Assembly: GCA_963662795.1 (NCBI GenBank) | Contig: OY759746.1 | Location: forward strand, 608,001-672,000 | Source of the DNA: Spirochaetia bacterium | GTDB lineage: Bacteria; Spirochaetota; Spirochaetia; CADAEX01 | Reading direction: 5' to 3' | Length of the DNA stretch: 64,000 nucleotides | The notes under the pieces: generated by a model | What the model saw: only the letters and a program-made list of their open reading frames with translations | Databases searched by the model: none | What the model was told of the DNA's origin: nothing | Translations under genes and position numbers: made by a program | Shown here: one piece after another, positions 48,605 through 59,592 of the stretch | Numbering within the stretch: the stretch's first letter is position 1 | Layout: every line of letters starts with the position of its first letter

Positions 48605-50304
48605 ACAATCAGCTGATTATCCTGTTTGTAATCATACCTCTTGCCGCCTCGTTTTTCGCTCTTATCGGCAAGATCAGTCACAGCAGGAATTCCGTCATGG
48701 CAAAAACTGCGGCAGCTTTCTCATTCGCGGCCGGGTTTTTACTCCTGATGCTCTTTTCCGATGTGGTATCAGGCGGGAATGTTTACAGCAATGTTATAGG
48801 GAACTGGTCAATCATTACAGGAATAAGCCAGAAACTTGACCGGCTTTCATGGACAGGACTCGCACTGATGAACATAGTCTCATCCCTTTCACTGCTTTAT
48901 GCTTTTTCAGAAAATAAATATGACAGCGATTTTTATTTTTTCTTTTTGCTTCTTCACGCGGGAATGGCGGGCATGCTCCTTGCGGATGATCTTTTCAATC
49001 TGTTTGTATGTCTTGAGATTACAGGAATCAGCACCTACGTTCTTATCGCATATACCAAAAAGGAAAAATCAATATTCGCAAGCTTTAAATATCTTATGCT
49101 CAGTTCACTCGGGATAAGTCTTTTCTTAATAGGCATTTTTATTGTTTACAGACAGACCGGATCTTTATTTTTTGACGATATGAAGAGAGTATTTTCTTCG
49201 AACAATACACATACACCTGAAACTGCTTTTGCCGTTTCAGCTTTGATTTCCGGGATCGGGGTAAGGACCGCGTTTATCCCCTATACGTGGCTTCCTGACG
49301 CGCACGCTTTTGCCCCCCACCCTGTCTCTGCCGTGCTTTCAGGCGTGCTTATAAAAGTTTCCTTTTTCGCGGTCTGGAAGCTTATAACTGTGCTTGATAT
49401 TTTTGAGGCAGGAATGTTCCTCCTCTGGATGGGAGCGGCAATCGCGCTGATAGGAGTACTGCGGGCGCTGTCGCAGACAGACTTCAAGGTACTGCTGGCA
49501 TGGCACTCGGTGTCCCAGATGGGCTTTATCTTCGCAGGATTCGGAGCCGGCACCTCCCTTTCAGTTACAGGGGCAATGTTCCATGCCATAAGTCACGGTC
49601 TTTTCAAAAGCCTCCTCTTCCTCTCTGTCAGCCTTGTAATAATAAAAACAGGAGAAAGGTCGCTTGACAGGATTTCAGGGATGGCAAAAAAAATGCCTCT
49701 GGCGGCGCTGCTTTTCGTTATCGGAGCGTTAAGCATAACAGGCATTCCCCCGTTTACAGGGTTTGTCAGTAAAAATCTGATCCTTTCGGGATTAAAGGAT
49801 TACCCTGCCGCATACTGGATTCTTATTGCCTCATCAGTTGGAACAGTGGCCTCTTTTACCAAGCTGTCGCTTGTTTTCAGGGGAAAACTTTCACCCTCAG
49901 CATCAGCAGCTTTTACCGCAGTTCCTGCCGCAGGACCTGATGGCGGTACACCCGGTGTAAAAGCCGCAGGAGGTAACAGCTTTTTTGCAGGATACACAGG
50001 CATGGGAATTCTCGCCCTCCTTTGTCTTCTTGCAGGTATATTCGGCGAACAGCTTGCATCAGCACTTAACTTTTCTGTTCCGGGACCCGGCGGACCGGAG
50101 ACAGCTTCACCATGGAAAATATCAGAATATATTAAAACCGCTTTTATCATAATTTCAGGGATATTATGTTATTTTTTTATAATGAGCAGGCCCGGTAAAT
50201 ACCTGCAGAAAAAAGCAAGAAATATTCAGCTTTCATTTGATTCACAGCTAGTGCTTTTACTGGCCGGTTTTCTGGCTTTATTGGCTTTTTTATATTTCCA
50301 ATAA
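48601..50304 (+). CDS. mnhD: Na+/H+ antiporter subunit D (MrpD/MbhH-like)
   Basis: DLFNLFVCLE, FKY, WLPDAH, SAVLSG..IK, LLAWHSVSQMG, HGLFKS.LF, GIPPF.GF.SK. Confidence 0.9.
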   Translation: MNNQLIILFVIIPLAASFFALIGKISHSRNSVMAKTAAAFSFAAGFLLLMLFSDVVSGGNVYSNVIGNWSIITGISQKLDRLSWTGLALMNIVSSLSLLYAFSENKYDSDFYFFFLLLHAGMAGMLLADDLFNLFVCLEITGISTYVLIAYTKKEKSIFASFKYLMLSSLGISLFLIGIFIVYRQTGSLFFDDMKRVFSSNNTHTPETAFAVSALISGIGVRTAFIPYTWLPDAHAFAPHPVSAVLSGVLIKVSFFAVWKLITVLDIFEAGMFLLWMGAAIALIGVLRALSQTDFKVLLAWHSVSQMGFIFAGFGAGTSLSVTGAMFHAISHGLFKSLLFLSVSLVIIKTGERSLDRISGMAKKMPLAALLFVIGALSITGIPPFTGFVSKNLILSGLKDYPAAYWILIASSVGTVASFTKLSLVFRGKLSPSASAAFTAVPAAGPDGGTPGVKAAGGNSFFAGYTGMGILALLCLLAGIFGEQLASALNFSVPGPGGPETASPWKISEYIKTAFIIISGILCYFFIMSRPGKYLQKKARNIQLSFDSQLVLLLAGFLALLAFLYFQ

Positions 50305-50356
50305 ATTATTTATTTTATATAATAAAATATCTCATCTGCAGTATGGAGACAGAAAC

Positions 50357-51829
50357 ATGATCAGCGTGCCTACGATTATTACATTTGTTCTTTATTTCTT
50401 TTTTCTTCTCTGGGTAGGAATCCACTTTTACAGGAAAACAACAAATATTGACGACTACCTTCTCGGGGGCCGTAAAATGGGAAGCTGGGTTACAGCCCTC
50501 TCCGCCCAGGCAAGCGATATGAGCGGATGGCTTCTGATGGGTCTCCCCGGCGCCGTATACCTTTCAGGCGTCAACCAGAGCTGGATTGCGATAGGCCTTC
50601 TGATCGGAACATTTCTGAACTGGATTCTTGTAGCTCCAAGGCTTCGCCTGTATACACAGGAGAAAGAATCCATAACGCTTTCAACATTTTTCGAAAGAAG
50701 ATTTAACGACCCCACAGGTCTTTTAAGAATAATATCGGCTATAATAATACTTGTTTTCTTTACAATATACGCTTCATCCGGTCTTGTCGGAGCGGGCAGG
50801 CTTTTTGAATCAATGTTTAAAATTGATTTTAAAATAACAGTAATAGCCGGCGCATTTGTAATGATTTTATATACATTCCTCGGCGGTTTTATGGCTGTCT
50901 GCTGGACCGACCTGTTTCAGGGAACACTTATGTTTATAGCCATAATATCTGTCCCTGTTACAGCATATTTCCATATTGGAGGATATTCCAATATTGCCGC
51001 GGCAATAGAAGCGAACAGGATATCGATGTCGCTCTTCAGGGACGGCACCGGAGCACTTTCCTTTTTAACTATAATATCCACAGTAGCATGGGGCCTCGGA
51101 TACTTCGGCCAGCCCCACATTCTTGCAAGATTCATGAGTATCAAATCCATAAAAGAGCTGCCAAAATCAACAGCAATTGCAATGATATGGGTTACGATTT
51201 CCCTCACAGGTGCAGTTTTTGTCGGGCTTATAGGGATTCCTATTTTCCCGGGTCTTTCCGGCGGATCGGAGGAAAAAATATTTATCTACATGATAGACAA
51301 ACTTTTCAATCCCTGGCTGGGAGGAGTATTCCTGGCTGCTATTCTGGCAGCCATAATGTCGACAATTGATTCCCAGCTTCTCGTTTCATCATCAGCGTTG
51401 ACAGAAGATTTCTATAAGCATCTTGTCAAAAAAGACGCATCAGATGCCCAGCAGATATGGATGGGAAGGGTCTGCGTCCTGATAATTTCAGCGATAGCGC
51501 TGTTCCTGGCGTTAACGCCCGGAAATACGGTTATGGGACTTGTTTCATACGCGTGGGGGGGATTCGGAGCAGCGTTCGGGCCTATAGTCTTAACCTCGCT
51601 CTTTTCAAAAAAAACATCATGGCAGTCTGCTCTCGCGGGAATGGTAACAGGAACAGTTGTCCTTGTCCTCTGGAAAAATACAGGCATGGGAAATTATCTG
51701 TATGAAATAATACCGGGATTTATTTCCAATTTCATCGCAATCTGGCTGTTCAATCTGAAATTCTCCCATGACAGTTCCGGAGAGATTGAAAATATTGAAA
51801 AACAGATTAAAGAGATAAAAAATCTGTAA
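50357..51829 (+). CDS. putP: Sodium/proline symporter
   Basis: ALSAQASDMSGWLLMGLPG, WGLGYFGQPHILARFM, AAIMSTIDSQLL, YEIIPGF. Confidence 0.94.
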   Translation: MISVPTIITFVLYFFFLLWVGIHFYRKTTNIDDYLLGGRKMGSWVTALSAQASDMSGWLLMGLPGAVYLSGVNQSWIAIGLLIGTFLNWILVAPRLRLYTQEKESITLSTFFERRFNDPTGLLRIISAIIILVFFTIYASSGLVGAGRLFESMFKIDFKITVIAGAFVMILYTFLGGFMAVCWTDLFQGTLMFIAIISVPVTAYFHIGGYSNIAAAIEANRISMSLFRDGTGALSFLTIISTVAWGLGYFGQPHILARFMSIKSIKELPKSTAIAMIWVTISLTGAVFVGLIGIPIFPGLSGGSEEKIFIYMIDKLFNPWLGGVFLAAILAAIMSTIDSQLLVSSSALTEDFYKHLVKKDASDAQQIWMGRVCVLIISAIALFLALTPGNTVMGLVSYAWGGFGAAFGPIVLTSLFSKKTSWQSALAGMVTGTVVLVLWKNTGMGNYLYEIIPGFISNFIAIWLFNLKFSHDSSGEIENIEKQIKEIKNL

Positions 51830-51848
51830 CAGAAAAAAAGAGAAAGTA

Positions 51849-52445
51849 ATGGACGAATTGTCTTTACCTGAAGAAAAAAAACATCTCAGAAACAGCATGA
51901 AAAAGCTGCTGCTTCAGCTTTCAAAGGAAATGCGGTCTGAAATGAGCCTTAAGGTTCTTGAGAATTTACAGAAACTCGATGCCTGGAAAAATGCCGATAC
52001 CGTACTTGCTTTTCTCTCAATGAAAGATGAAATTGAAACAGAAAATATAATTAATGCCGCTCTCAAGGAAGGTAAAAAATGCGCGGTCCCGAGATTAGAC
52101 GGGGAGGTCATGGAGTTTTACTATATTGATTCCTTATCAGATAAAAGCCTTTTAAAGCACAGTTACGGAATGTATGAGCCCTCTCCCTCCTCCCCAAAAG
52201 TTTCCGGTGATGACTTTAAATCGCGCAGCATCCTTCTTCTTGCGCCAGGTCTCGCGTTTGACAGCAGATGCATGCGCCTTGGCAGGGGGAAAAGCTTCTA
52301 TGACAGGTTTTTGTCAAAACATGAAAATGAGTGCGTCAGGGCTGGAATTGCATTCCAGTTTCAGATAACTGATAAAGTTCCTGCCGAAGTACATGATATC
52401 AGGCTTGATTTTGTAATCACCGAAAACAGGGTATATTCAGCATGA
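51849..52445 (+). CDS. 5-formyltetrahydrofolate cyclo-ligase
   Basis: K..LR, PGLAFD...RLGRGKSFYDRFL, HD..LD..ITE. Confidence 0.92.
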   Translation: MDELSLPEEKKHLRNSMKKLLLQLSKEMRSEMSLKVLENLQKLDAWKNADTVLAFLSMKDEIETENIINAALKEGKKCAVPRLDGEVMEFYYIDSLSDKSLLKHSYGMYEPSPSSPKVSGDDFKSRSILLLAPGLAFDSRCMRLGRGKSFYDRFLSKHENECVRAGIAFQFQITDKVPAEVHDIRLDFVITENRVYSA

Positions 52446-52452
52446 AGAAATT

Positions 52453-53301
52453 ATGAACACGAGTGTTTTTATCCTTGTCCTGTTTGCAGCTTTTACCCAT
52501 GCGGTATGGAATTTTTTTACAAAAAAAGTATCAGGTAATTTTACAATTTTCTGGTACGGTCTTGTTATTGTAAATCTTCTTATGCTGATTTATACAGTTT
52601 ACTCTGTCATAACAGCCGGAATTGACGGCAGGGTTTTTATTTTTATTCTTGTTTCAGCCGCAGCCCACGGACTTTATTACCTGGCGCTTCTCTATACCTA
52701 CTCGAGAGGGGATATCTCAACAGCCTACCCCATAGCAAGGGGAACCGGAGTTGCGGGGACAACACTGCTCTCCTACTTTCTGCTGAAAGAGCTGATCACA
52801 CCGATGGCCGCGCTCGGTATCACAGCGGTCTTTTCCGGTATAGTATTTATCGGGTTAAGCAGGATTAAAAACCAGAAGAGGGATATAAAATCATACGCAG
52901 TCTCAATACTCACAGGTGTTTTCATCTTTACCTACTCAATAACAGACAAGCTGGGGGTAGGAATGGCCAACCCGGTAGTATATGTCAATATTCTCGACCT
53001 TATTGCCCTTACCGCTCTTGCCGGATTTGCAAACCAGGGCGGAGTAAAAAAATCCATTAAGCTTGTCAGGGCCAATTTAAAGGAAACACTGATAATCGGG
53101 ATCGGCTCATCAGGAACCTATCTTATTATTCTTTTTGCCATGCAGCTTGAAAGGGCAAGTTATATTGTCTCGATGAGAGAGTTCTCAGTAGTTATTGCAT
53201 CTGTCATGGGGTTTGTTTTCCTCAGGGAAAAACCTACATTATTTAAAATAACAGGGATTATCCTTATTACAGCAGGACTTGTACTGATAAAACTCGGATA
53301 G
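52453..53301 (+). CDS. DMT/EamA family transporter
   Basis: AAFTHAVWN, GDIS.AYPIARG, REFSVV. Confidence 0.85.
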   Translation: MNTSVFILVLFAAFTHAVWNFFTKKVSGNFTIFWYGLVIVNLLMLIYTVYSVITAGIDGRVFIFILVSAAAHGLYYLALLYTYSRGDISTAYPIARGTGVAGTTLLSYFLLKELITPMAALGITAVFSGIVFIGLSRIKNQKRDIKSYAVSILTGVFIFTYSITDKLGVGMANPVVYVNILDLIALTALAGFANQGGVKKSIKLVRANLKETLIIGIGSSGTYLIILFAMQLERASYIVSMREFSVVIASVMGFVFLREKPTLFKITGIILITAGLVLIKLG

Positions 53302-53304
53302 TAT

Positions 53305-53333
53305 TTGACTATGACAGAGAATGTTATTAAAAT
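53305..53333 (+). promoter_or_regulatory. Sigma70-type promoter
   Basis: TTGACT-17 bp-TAAAAT upstream of the 53393 gene. Confidence 0.6.
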
Positions 53334-53392
53334 TCAGTTATACGGGACTTCGGTATGTCCCGATTAAAGATTAAAAACTGGAGATCAGATAT

Positions 53393-53983
53393 ATGGGTGA
53401 AATAAAATCCGCGCTTGAACTTGCGCTTGAAAAAACAGACAGTGTAAAAAGCGACAGGACCCTTATAGTAAAGAATGAGGCTGATGAAGCCGGCAGAAAA
53501 GCCGCATTTGAATACCTTGAAGAAAGCAGTATAAAACCCTCTTCTCTTGAGGCAAAGTTAAAAGCCGCGGACAAAAACAACAGGCAATGGGTAAAAGAGG
53601 GGATGTTCAAGGTGTTCAGCAACAATTTAAAACTGCCTGAAGATAAAAGCTCATTTGAAAAAATCGGCAGGCTGAAAGAAGGGTTTGCTGCAATTGCCGA
53701 GAAGAAGAAAGAGGTGCTTTTTCTGTTTGACCAGATTGAAAGCCTTTATAACAACTATCTCCAGAATAAGACTTCTGCGGTTGAGAAGCTTAAAAACAGC
53801 TATGCCCGCAAACTAAAGGAAAAGGAAATGGCGCTATCGCAGCAGCTTGGAAAAGAAGTCCATCTCACTCCGGAGAAAGACCCTGAGTTTCTGGAGTATC
53901 TTCACAAAACCATTGGCCAGCTTGACGATCAGTATCAGGAAGTTCTGGGCAAGGTAAAGGAAGAGCTTAAGAAAAGGATATAA
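53393..53983 (+). CDS. Conserved helical hypothetical protein (DUF6657-like)
   Basis: N-terminal MGEIKSALELALEKT and C-terminal PEKDPEF motifs; GGAG RBS. Confidence 0.65.
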   Translation: MGEIKSALELALEKTDSVKSDRTLIVKNEADEAGRKAAFEYLEESSIKPSSLEAKLKAADKNNRQWVKEGMFKVFSNNLKLPEDKSSFEKIGRLKEGFAAIAEKKKEVLFLFDQIESLYNNYLQNKTSAVEKLKNSYARKLKEKEMALSQQLGKEVHLTPEKDPEFLEYLHKTIGQLDDQYQEVLGKVKEELKKRI

Positions 53984-54020
53984 AAATTGCTGCCGCTTAT
54001 TAAAGCTGTAAACTTAAAAT

Positions 54021-54057
54021 AAAAAACCCGGTTCATGACGCGAACCGGGTTTTTTTT
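54021..54057. terminator. Bidirectional Rho-independent terminator
   Basis: AAAAAACCCGGTTC-loop-GAACCGGGTTTTTTT between convergent genes. Confidence 0.88.
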
Positions 54058-54080
54058 ATCCAGATAATTCAGGGCGTATT

Positions 54081-54530
54081 TCAGTCTTCCCTGAAAAGCT
54101 CCACAACTTCTTCGGGAGTAGCAGCATTTACAAGAAGCCGGCAGAAACTCTGCGAACGGGTTATCCTTGCAATTTCAGCAAGCGCTTCAATATGAGGGCC
54201 TGACTGATTGGGCTGGGCAAGAAGAAGGAAAAAAAGCTTTGACTTTTCACCGTCAAGAGCGTCAAAATCAACTCCGTCCGGAGCAATTCCGATAGCAAGG
54301 GTGAGGTTTTTAACTTTTTCTGTTTTGGCGTGGGGAACAGCAATCCCTTTTTCAAGGCCTGTGCTTCCCATGTTTTCCCTTGCGATTACAGCATTGAAGA
54401 CGCTTTCCTTATCGCTGATTTTATCTGCTTTATCGAGAACATCAACCAGTTCCCTGATTACTTCTGTTTTGGTTTTTGATTTCAGCGGGACTCTTACCAC
54501 GCTGGTTGATATAAGATCTACTATAGCCAT
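54081..54530 (-). CDS. PTS EIIA (Fru/Ntr-type) domain protein
   Basis: RE.MGSTGLEKGIAVPHAK, FDALDG, HIEALA. Confidence 0.9.
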   Translation of the reverse strand: MAIVDLISTSVVRVPLKSKTKTEVIRELVDVLDKADKISDKESVFNAVIARENMGSTGLEKGIAVPHAKTEKVKNLTLAIGIAPDGVDFDALDGEKSKLFFLLLAQPNQSGPHIEALAEIARITRSQSFCRLLVNAATPEEVVELFRED

Positions 54531-54569
54531 TCTTCTCCATCCTTCTTAAAAACGGTTACCATTGTATAT

Positions 54570-55058
54570 TTAAACAAGCTGATTGTAAAGACTCCAGATG
54601 CGCTCTTCATCCTTGGCAATCAGTACAGAACAGTTTACACTTCTCATTGCCCTTTCTGTCTCGTTGTAAAGCTCATCTCTCCTGCTTCTTATTTTTGAAA
54701 GTTCACCTATTATTAAAAGATCAATTTCATTTTCATTAACCTTGTTCTTTATTTCCACATTGACGCTTCCGCTTGATTTAAGGGTTTTTACAGCTACCCC
54801 TTTCTCTCTTGCCATTTGTTTAATATGGTTAAGATACCTGTCAGCATCATGTTCAAGGTCTTTTTTATATTCCTCTTCCTCAGCCTGCAGGAATATTTTA
54901 GCGTTCACAAGGTCGCTCAGGGCCCTTGTATTTACAATGTATAATGCATAAAACTCTGCTCCGGTCGCCCTTGCAAGGCAGATTCCGTACTGGGCAGCTG
55001 TTATCGATTCTTCAGTGCCGTCAACATATACCATTATCTTTTTAACAGGTCCGTCCAT
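54570..55058 (-). CDS. Universal stress protein
   Basis: KIMVYVDGTE.S..AA, DLLIIG, CSVLI. Confidence 0.85.
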   Translation of the reverse strand: MDGPVKKIMVYVDGTEESITAAQYGICLARATGAEFYALYIVNTRALSDLVNAKIFLQAEEEEYKKDLEHDADRYLNHIKQMAREKGVAVKTLKSSGSVNVEIKNKVNENEIDLLIIGELSKIRSRRDELYNETERAMRSVNCSVLIAKDEERIWSLYNQLV

Positions 55059-55072
55059 GAAGCTCTCCTGAA

Positions 55073-55711
55073 TTAATTATCGCTTTTTTCTTTTTTCTTT
55101 TCCAGTCTTGTTTTAATCATTTTAAGGAGGATAATCATATCCCTCTCATTCTCCTCAAGCCTGTTCTGAATATATTTTACTGTTTCCTTAAGTTCCGGAA
55201 TGGCAATCTTCTCAAGAGCGTTAACCTTCCGGATTGTTTTTTTGACTTCCCTTGCAAGCCGCATGATTGATATTTTAAGCTCAGCAAGTTTTCCCATAAT
55301 CTGGAGAACTGCCTTGAATTCATTAAGGGAGCTGTCAATCCAGAAACTGTTGTTCATCGGGCTGTAGTAAGGGGGATAATCATCAAACTCCGTATCAACT
55401 ACAGGAAGACCTACCCCCATTACTTTTCTCTGGGTAATTTTAACCCGGCTTTCAATATTTATGGCGCTTGCTACCTGAGTCACTTTCAGTTTACCCATGT
55501 CGATGACAGCCTCTTCAAGTGTCCTGTACGCTTCAGCAAGGGCTTTTTCCACTTTCTCCTCATGATCTGCGGCCTGGTCAACAAGATTTAAAAGCTCTAT
55601 GACGAGAATGTTTCTTTTCTGGTCAAGCAGCTCATAACCCAGTCTTGCGAATTTTAATTCATGGCCGAGAGAGAGCAGGTTGGTTTTTGTAGGCGCTATA
55701 TTGGTTTTCAT
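55073..55711 (-). CDS. V/A-type ATP synthase subunit D
   Basis: APTKTNL, GYELLDQKR, MGV, KVNALE. Confidence 0.93.
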   Translation of the reverse strand: MKTNIAPTKTNLLSLGHELKFARLGYELLDQKRNILVIELLNLVDQAADHEEKVEKALAEAYRTLEEAVIDMGKLKVTQVASAINIESRVKITQRKVMGVGLPVVDTEFDDYPPYYSPMNNSFWIDSSLNEFKAVLQIMGKLAELKISIMRLAREVKKTIRKVNALEKIAIPELKETVKYIQNRLEENERDMIILLKMIKTRLEKKKEKSDN

Positions 55712-57123
55712 TATCTGCCGTAATACTTTTCGATCTCTTCTTCAGTAACCCTGTGAAGTTCATCCTGGGGAAGAAGGCCGAGACATTCCCATCCTAAATT
55801 CAATGTTTCCTCAATTGATCTGTCTTCGCTCATTTTCTGGGAAACAAACCGTCTTTCAAAAGCTTCGCCGAATTCCATATACTGATGATCAAGGGGGGTC
55901 AGCTCCTCCTCTCCGATAACAGAGGCCAGGTTTCTTACATCCTTGACATAGCTGTAGGCAGCGAAAAGCTGGCTGGCAAGATGGGGATGGTCCTCCCTTG
56001 TCATTCCTTCTCCGATACCGTCTTTCATAAGTCTTGAAAGGGAAGGCAGCCCCGCTACCGGCGGATAAATATTTCTGCTGTACATCTCTCTTTCAAAAAC
56101 TATCTGCCCTTCAGTAATGTATCCTGTAAGGTCAGGGATCGGATGCGATATATCATCGTTAGGCATGGTCAGAATAGGAAGCTGGGTGATTGACCCGCTG
56201 AAACCTTTTACCATTCCTGATCTTTCGTAAAGTTCTGCAAGGTCAGAGTAAAGATATCCCGGATATCCTTTCCTTGAGGGTATTTCACCCCTGATTGTTG
56301 AAATCTCGCGGAGCGATTCGCAGTAATTAGCCATATCTGTCATGATTACAAGTACGTGCATGTTCTTGTTGAATGCCAGGTGCTCGGCAAGGGTAAGGGC
56401 GGTACGGGGTGTAATGGTTCTTTCTATTGAAGGGTCATCTGCCAGAGAAAGGAAAAGCGCGACATTGTCGAGGACTCCTGTCTCTTCAAAAGACCTTACA
56501 AAGTACCTGGCAACATCATGCTTTACACCCATTGCCGCGAAAACTACGGCGAAATTTGTCTTGCTCCCCTTTATTTTTGCCTGCCGCGCTATCTGTGCAG
56601 CAAGTTCGTTATGAGGCAGCCCGTTGCCCGAGAATATCGGAAGTTTCTGCCCCCGGATCAGGGTATTCATGCCGTCAATTACGGAAATACCTGTCTGGAT
56701 AAAGTCTTTCGGATACTCTCTCGCTGTGGGATTGATTGCCATGCCGTTTATATCAAGTTCAGTCTCTGCGACAGGCATCGGCCCGTTGTCTATCGGGTGG
56801 CCGAGACCGTTGAAAACACGCCCGAGCATTTTCTCGCTTACGCCGAGCTTGAGCGGTTCGCCCATGAACCTTATATGTGTATCCGGCATCGTAAGACCGG
56901 AAGTCCCCTCAAAAACCTGAACACAGACTATATCGCTTGAAGTATCAAGGACAAGGCCGAGCCGTGTTGCACCTGAAGGGTCAACGCATTCCACCAGCTC
57001 GCGGTATCCGACAGCATGTGTCTTTTTTATAAATACCAGCGGCCCGTCAATCCTGTCTACACCGATATATTCAAGCCCTGTTTTGAGTTTTTTCTGCTTT
57101 TCATGCATATCTATCTTAGACAT
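55711..57123 (-). CDS. V/A-type ATP synthase subunit B
   Basis: [52 protein letters not shown]; start reassigned to ATG 57123. Confidence 0.95.
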   Translation of the reverse strand: MSKIDMHEKQKKLKTGLEYIGVDRIDGPLVFIKKTHAVGYRELVECVDPSGATRLGLVLDTSSDIVCVQVFEGTSGLTMPDTHIRFMGEPLKLGVSEKMLGRVFNGLGHPIDNGPMPVAETELDINGMAINPTAREYPKDFIQTGISVIDGMNTLIRGQKLPIFSGNGLPHNELAAQIARQAKIKGSKTNFAVVFAAMGVKHDVARYFVRSFEETGVLDNVALFLSLADDPSIERTITPRTALTLAEHLAFNKNMHVLVIMTDMANYCESLREISTIRGEIPSRKGYPGYLYSDLAELYERSGMVKGFSGSITQLPILTMPNDDISHPIPDLTGYITEGQIVFEREMYSRNIYPPVAGLPSLSRLMKDGIGEGMTREDHPHLASQLFAAYSYVKDVRNLASVIGEEELTPLDHQYMEFGEAFERRFVSQKMSEDRSIEETLNLGWECLGLLPQDELHRVTEEEIEKYYGR

Positions 57124-58888
57124 ATACGCTCTCCAGTTGATCAAGTGACCTTTCAAGTCTTGCGGTAAGCTTATCGAGAAGTTTAAGATCTTCGTTAGGC
57201 ACATTGAATTTCATCTTTACAATGTCCTGGTTAACACTCATTTTCTTGAGCTTCACAAGGGTACCGCCCCTCTTTAAAACCTCGGCTCCCCTTCTGTAAT
57301 ATGTCAGAATTACCTGAAGCATCTTCATCTGTTTTTCAACAGTTGAGAATCTGTCAATATCATCAAAAGCGTTCTGCTGAAGAAACGCGTTCTTGAAAAG
57401 GGTACAGACATCAATTATGAATTTCTGACTGTCGGGAAGTGCGTCCGGCCCTACAAGTTTTACAACCTGCTGAAGCCTTACCTCTTTCTGCAGCAATTCC
57501 ATAATCTCCGCCCTGTCATCAGACCATGTAGGGCCGGCATGCTGTTCCCACCAGGGAATAACCTCAAGAAGGTATTCGCTGTAGCTCTCAAGCCATGAAA
57601 TAGCCGGATAGTGGCGCGCGTTGGCAAGCTGCCGGTCCAGGCCCCAGAAACACCTTACAAACCGTTTTGTATGCTGTGTTACAGGTTCTGAAAAGTCGCC
57701 GCCCGGAGGAGATACAGCTCCGATAAGGGAAACCGAACCATCTTTGCCGCACAGCGTATTCATGTAGCCGGCCCTTTCATAGAACTCGGCTATCCTTGTT
57801 GGAAGATACGCCGGAAAGCCTTCCTCTGCAGGCATCTCTTCCATACGGCCGGAAAGCTCTCTTAAAGCCTCTGCCCATCTTGATGTCGAGTCTGCCATTA
57901 CGGCCACATGGTAACCCATGTCCCTGTAATATTCCGCCAGTGTTACACCGGTGTATATGCTTGCCTCTCTTGCGGATACAGGCATGTTGGATGTATTCGC
58001 GATAAGAATCGTCCTTTCCATAAGGCTTCTGTTTGTCCGCGGGTCGATGAGCTTGGGGAATTCCGTGAGAACATCTGTCATCTCGTTTCCCCGCTCGCCG
58101 CAGCCTATATAAACAATAAGGTCTGCATCGCACCACTTGGCAATGGCGTGCTGAGTCATTGTCTTTCCTGTCCCGAACCCTCCCGGGATTGCGACAGTAC
58201 CGCCCTTGGCAATCGGGAACAGGGTGTCTATAACCCTCTGTCCTGTGATAAGGGGAATATTAAGCGGCTGCCTCTCTTTTACAGGGCGGGGGACACGTAT
58301 GGGCCATCTCTGGATCATGGTAACATTGACATCGCCGTCTTTAGTTTCAACAACTGCTATAGGATCTTCTACAGCGTATTCCCCTTCAGGGAATAATTTC
58401 TTTAAAGTGCCGCTAACGCCTGGAGGAATGAGAATTTTGTGATTTATCCTTTCTGTTTCCTGCACTGACCCTATAATCTCACCAGGATAGATAATATCGC
58501 CGGTTTTTATATCTTCAGGGACAAAACTCCATTTTCTTTCCTTATTGATGGAAGAAACCTGGATTCCCTTTTCAATATAATGACCTGATATTTTGTATAT
58601 TTCTTCAAGCGGCCTCTGGATACCGTCATAGATTGTTCCTATAAGACCGGGGCCCAGCTCTACCGATAAAGGCATGCCTGAACCGTAAATATTATCTCCG
58701 GGGCAAATACCGGTTGTATCCTCATATACCTGGATTACAGCGGTCTGCCCTTCAAGTTTTATTATCTCACCGATAAGACGAACTTCAGCTACCCTTACCA
58801 GTTCAAGCATCATCGCGTCTGTAACGCCTTTTGCTTCAATTACAGGTCCATTAACCCTTCTGACCTGTCCGATTATCCGTTCTCTCAT
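57116..58888 (-). CDS. V/A-type ATP synthase subunit A
   Basis: P-loop [37 protein letters not shown]; no intein. Confidence 0.96.
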   Translation of the reverse strand: MRERIIGQVRRVNGPVIEAKGVTDAMMLELVRVAEVRLIGEIIKLEGQTAVIQVYEDTTGICPGDNIYGSGMPLSVELGPGLIGTIYDGIQRPLEEIYKISGHYIEKGIQVSSINKERKWSFVPEDIKTGDIIYPGEIIGSVQETERINHKILIPPGVSGTLKKLFPEGEYAVEDPIAVVETKDGDVNVTMIQRWPIRVPRPVKERQPLNIPLITGQRVIDTLFPIAKGGTVAIPGGFGTGKTMTQHAIAKWCDADLIVYIGCGERGNEMTDVLTEFPKLIDPRTNRSLMERTILIANTSNMPVSAREASIYTGVTLAEYYRDMGYHVAVMADSTSRWAEALRELSGRMEEMPAEEGFPAYLPTRIAEFYERAGYMNTLCGKDGSVSLIGAVSPPGGDFSEPVTQHTKRFVRCFWGLDRQLANARHYPAISWLESYSEYLLEVIPWWEQHAGPTWSDDRAEIMELLQKEVRLQQVVKLVGPDALPDSQKFIIDVCTLFKNAFLQQNAFDDIDRFSTVEKQMKMLQVILTYYRRGAEVLKRGGTLVKLKKMSVNQDIVKMKFNVPNEDLKLLDKLTARLERSLDQLESVYV

Positions 58889-58941
58889 TCCGAACCTCTA
58901 TCTTGTTTCAGGCTGCACTACTTTGCTTAATCAATATCAGT

Positions 58942-59583
58942 TTACGCGAAAAACTCTTTATGTATTGTTTTCCGCATTTCAGCCTGATATCTTAAAAGCC
59001 TTGTAGGTACCTGATTGTTAAATGCTGTTTTATTATTCCTTGATGTTAAAACCACGCCCTGGGCGAAAAGAGGATTTTTATCTGATTTTACAAGATGTAT
59101 TTTCCCGCCTGTCAGATCAAAATACCTTTTTTCAGTTTCCCTTAAAAAACTATCACTTAAGATTTCAAGTTCTTTTACAGAACCGTTTATTACAGCCTCG
59201 TCCTCGCCAAGCCCGATAGCAGCATCAAGAATCCAGCCCCGCAGGATTTCAGGATAATCTTTTGATTTTCCTATCTCCCCGATTATATCCCGGACCTTCT
59301 CAACAACATTGTTAATTACTTTTTCCCTGATCTTGAGTACTACCCTTTTCTTTTCAACAGATATTGCCGACGCGCTGTTCTTTTCAATTACTGCTACCTG
59401 CTGCTCAATTTTTTTTGCCGTATCCCTGTCTATGGATTTAATCTGCATCTCTTTGGACATCTGTTTATCTGAGGCTGTTTTTTCGGCATCTTCAATAATT
59501 CTTTTTGCCTCTTGTTTCGCGTCCAGGGTAATACCTGAAATCAATTCGCTTCTATCGTCACTGGATGTTTTCATATTCTGCAC
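58942..59583 (-). CDS. V/A-type ATP synthase subunit E
   Basis: N-terminal coiled coil, C-terminal GVVL..FNN..RL; operon position. Confidence 0.85.
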   Translation of the reverse strand: MQNMKTSSDDRSELISGITLDAKQEAKRIIEDAEKTASDKQMSKEMQIKSIDRDTAKKIEQQVAVIEKNSASAISVEKKRVVLKIREKVINNVVEKVRDIIGEIGKSKDYPEILRGWILDAAIGLGEDEAVINGSVKELEILSDSFLRETEKRYFDLTGGKIHLVKSDKNPLFAQGVVLTSRNNKTAFNNQVPTRLLRYQAEMRKTIHKEFFA

Positions 59584-59592
59584 CTTAAAACC

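Noticed and set aside
51830-51848. 6S RNA often found upstream of 5-formyl-THF cyclo-ligase
   Set aside because: Intergenic gap is only ~19 nt, too short to hold it
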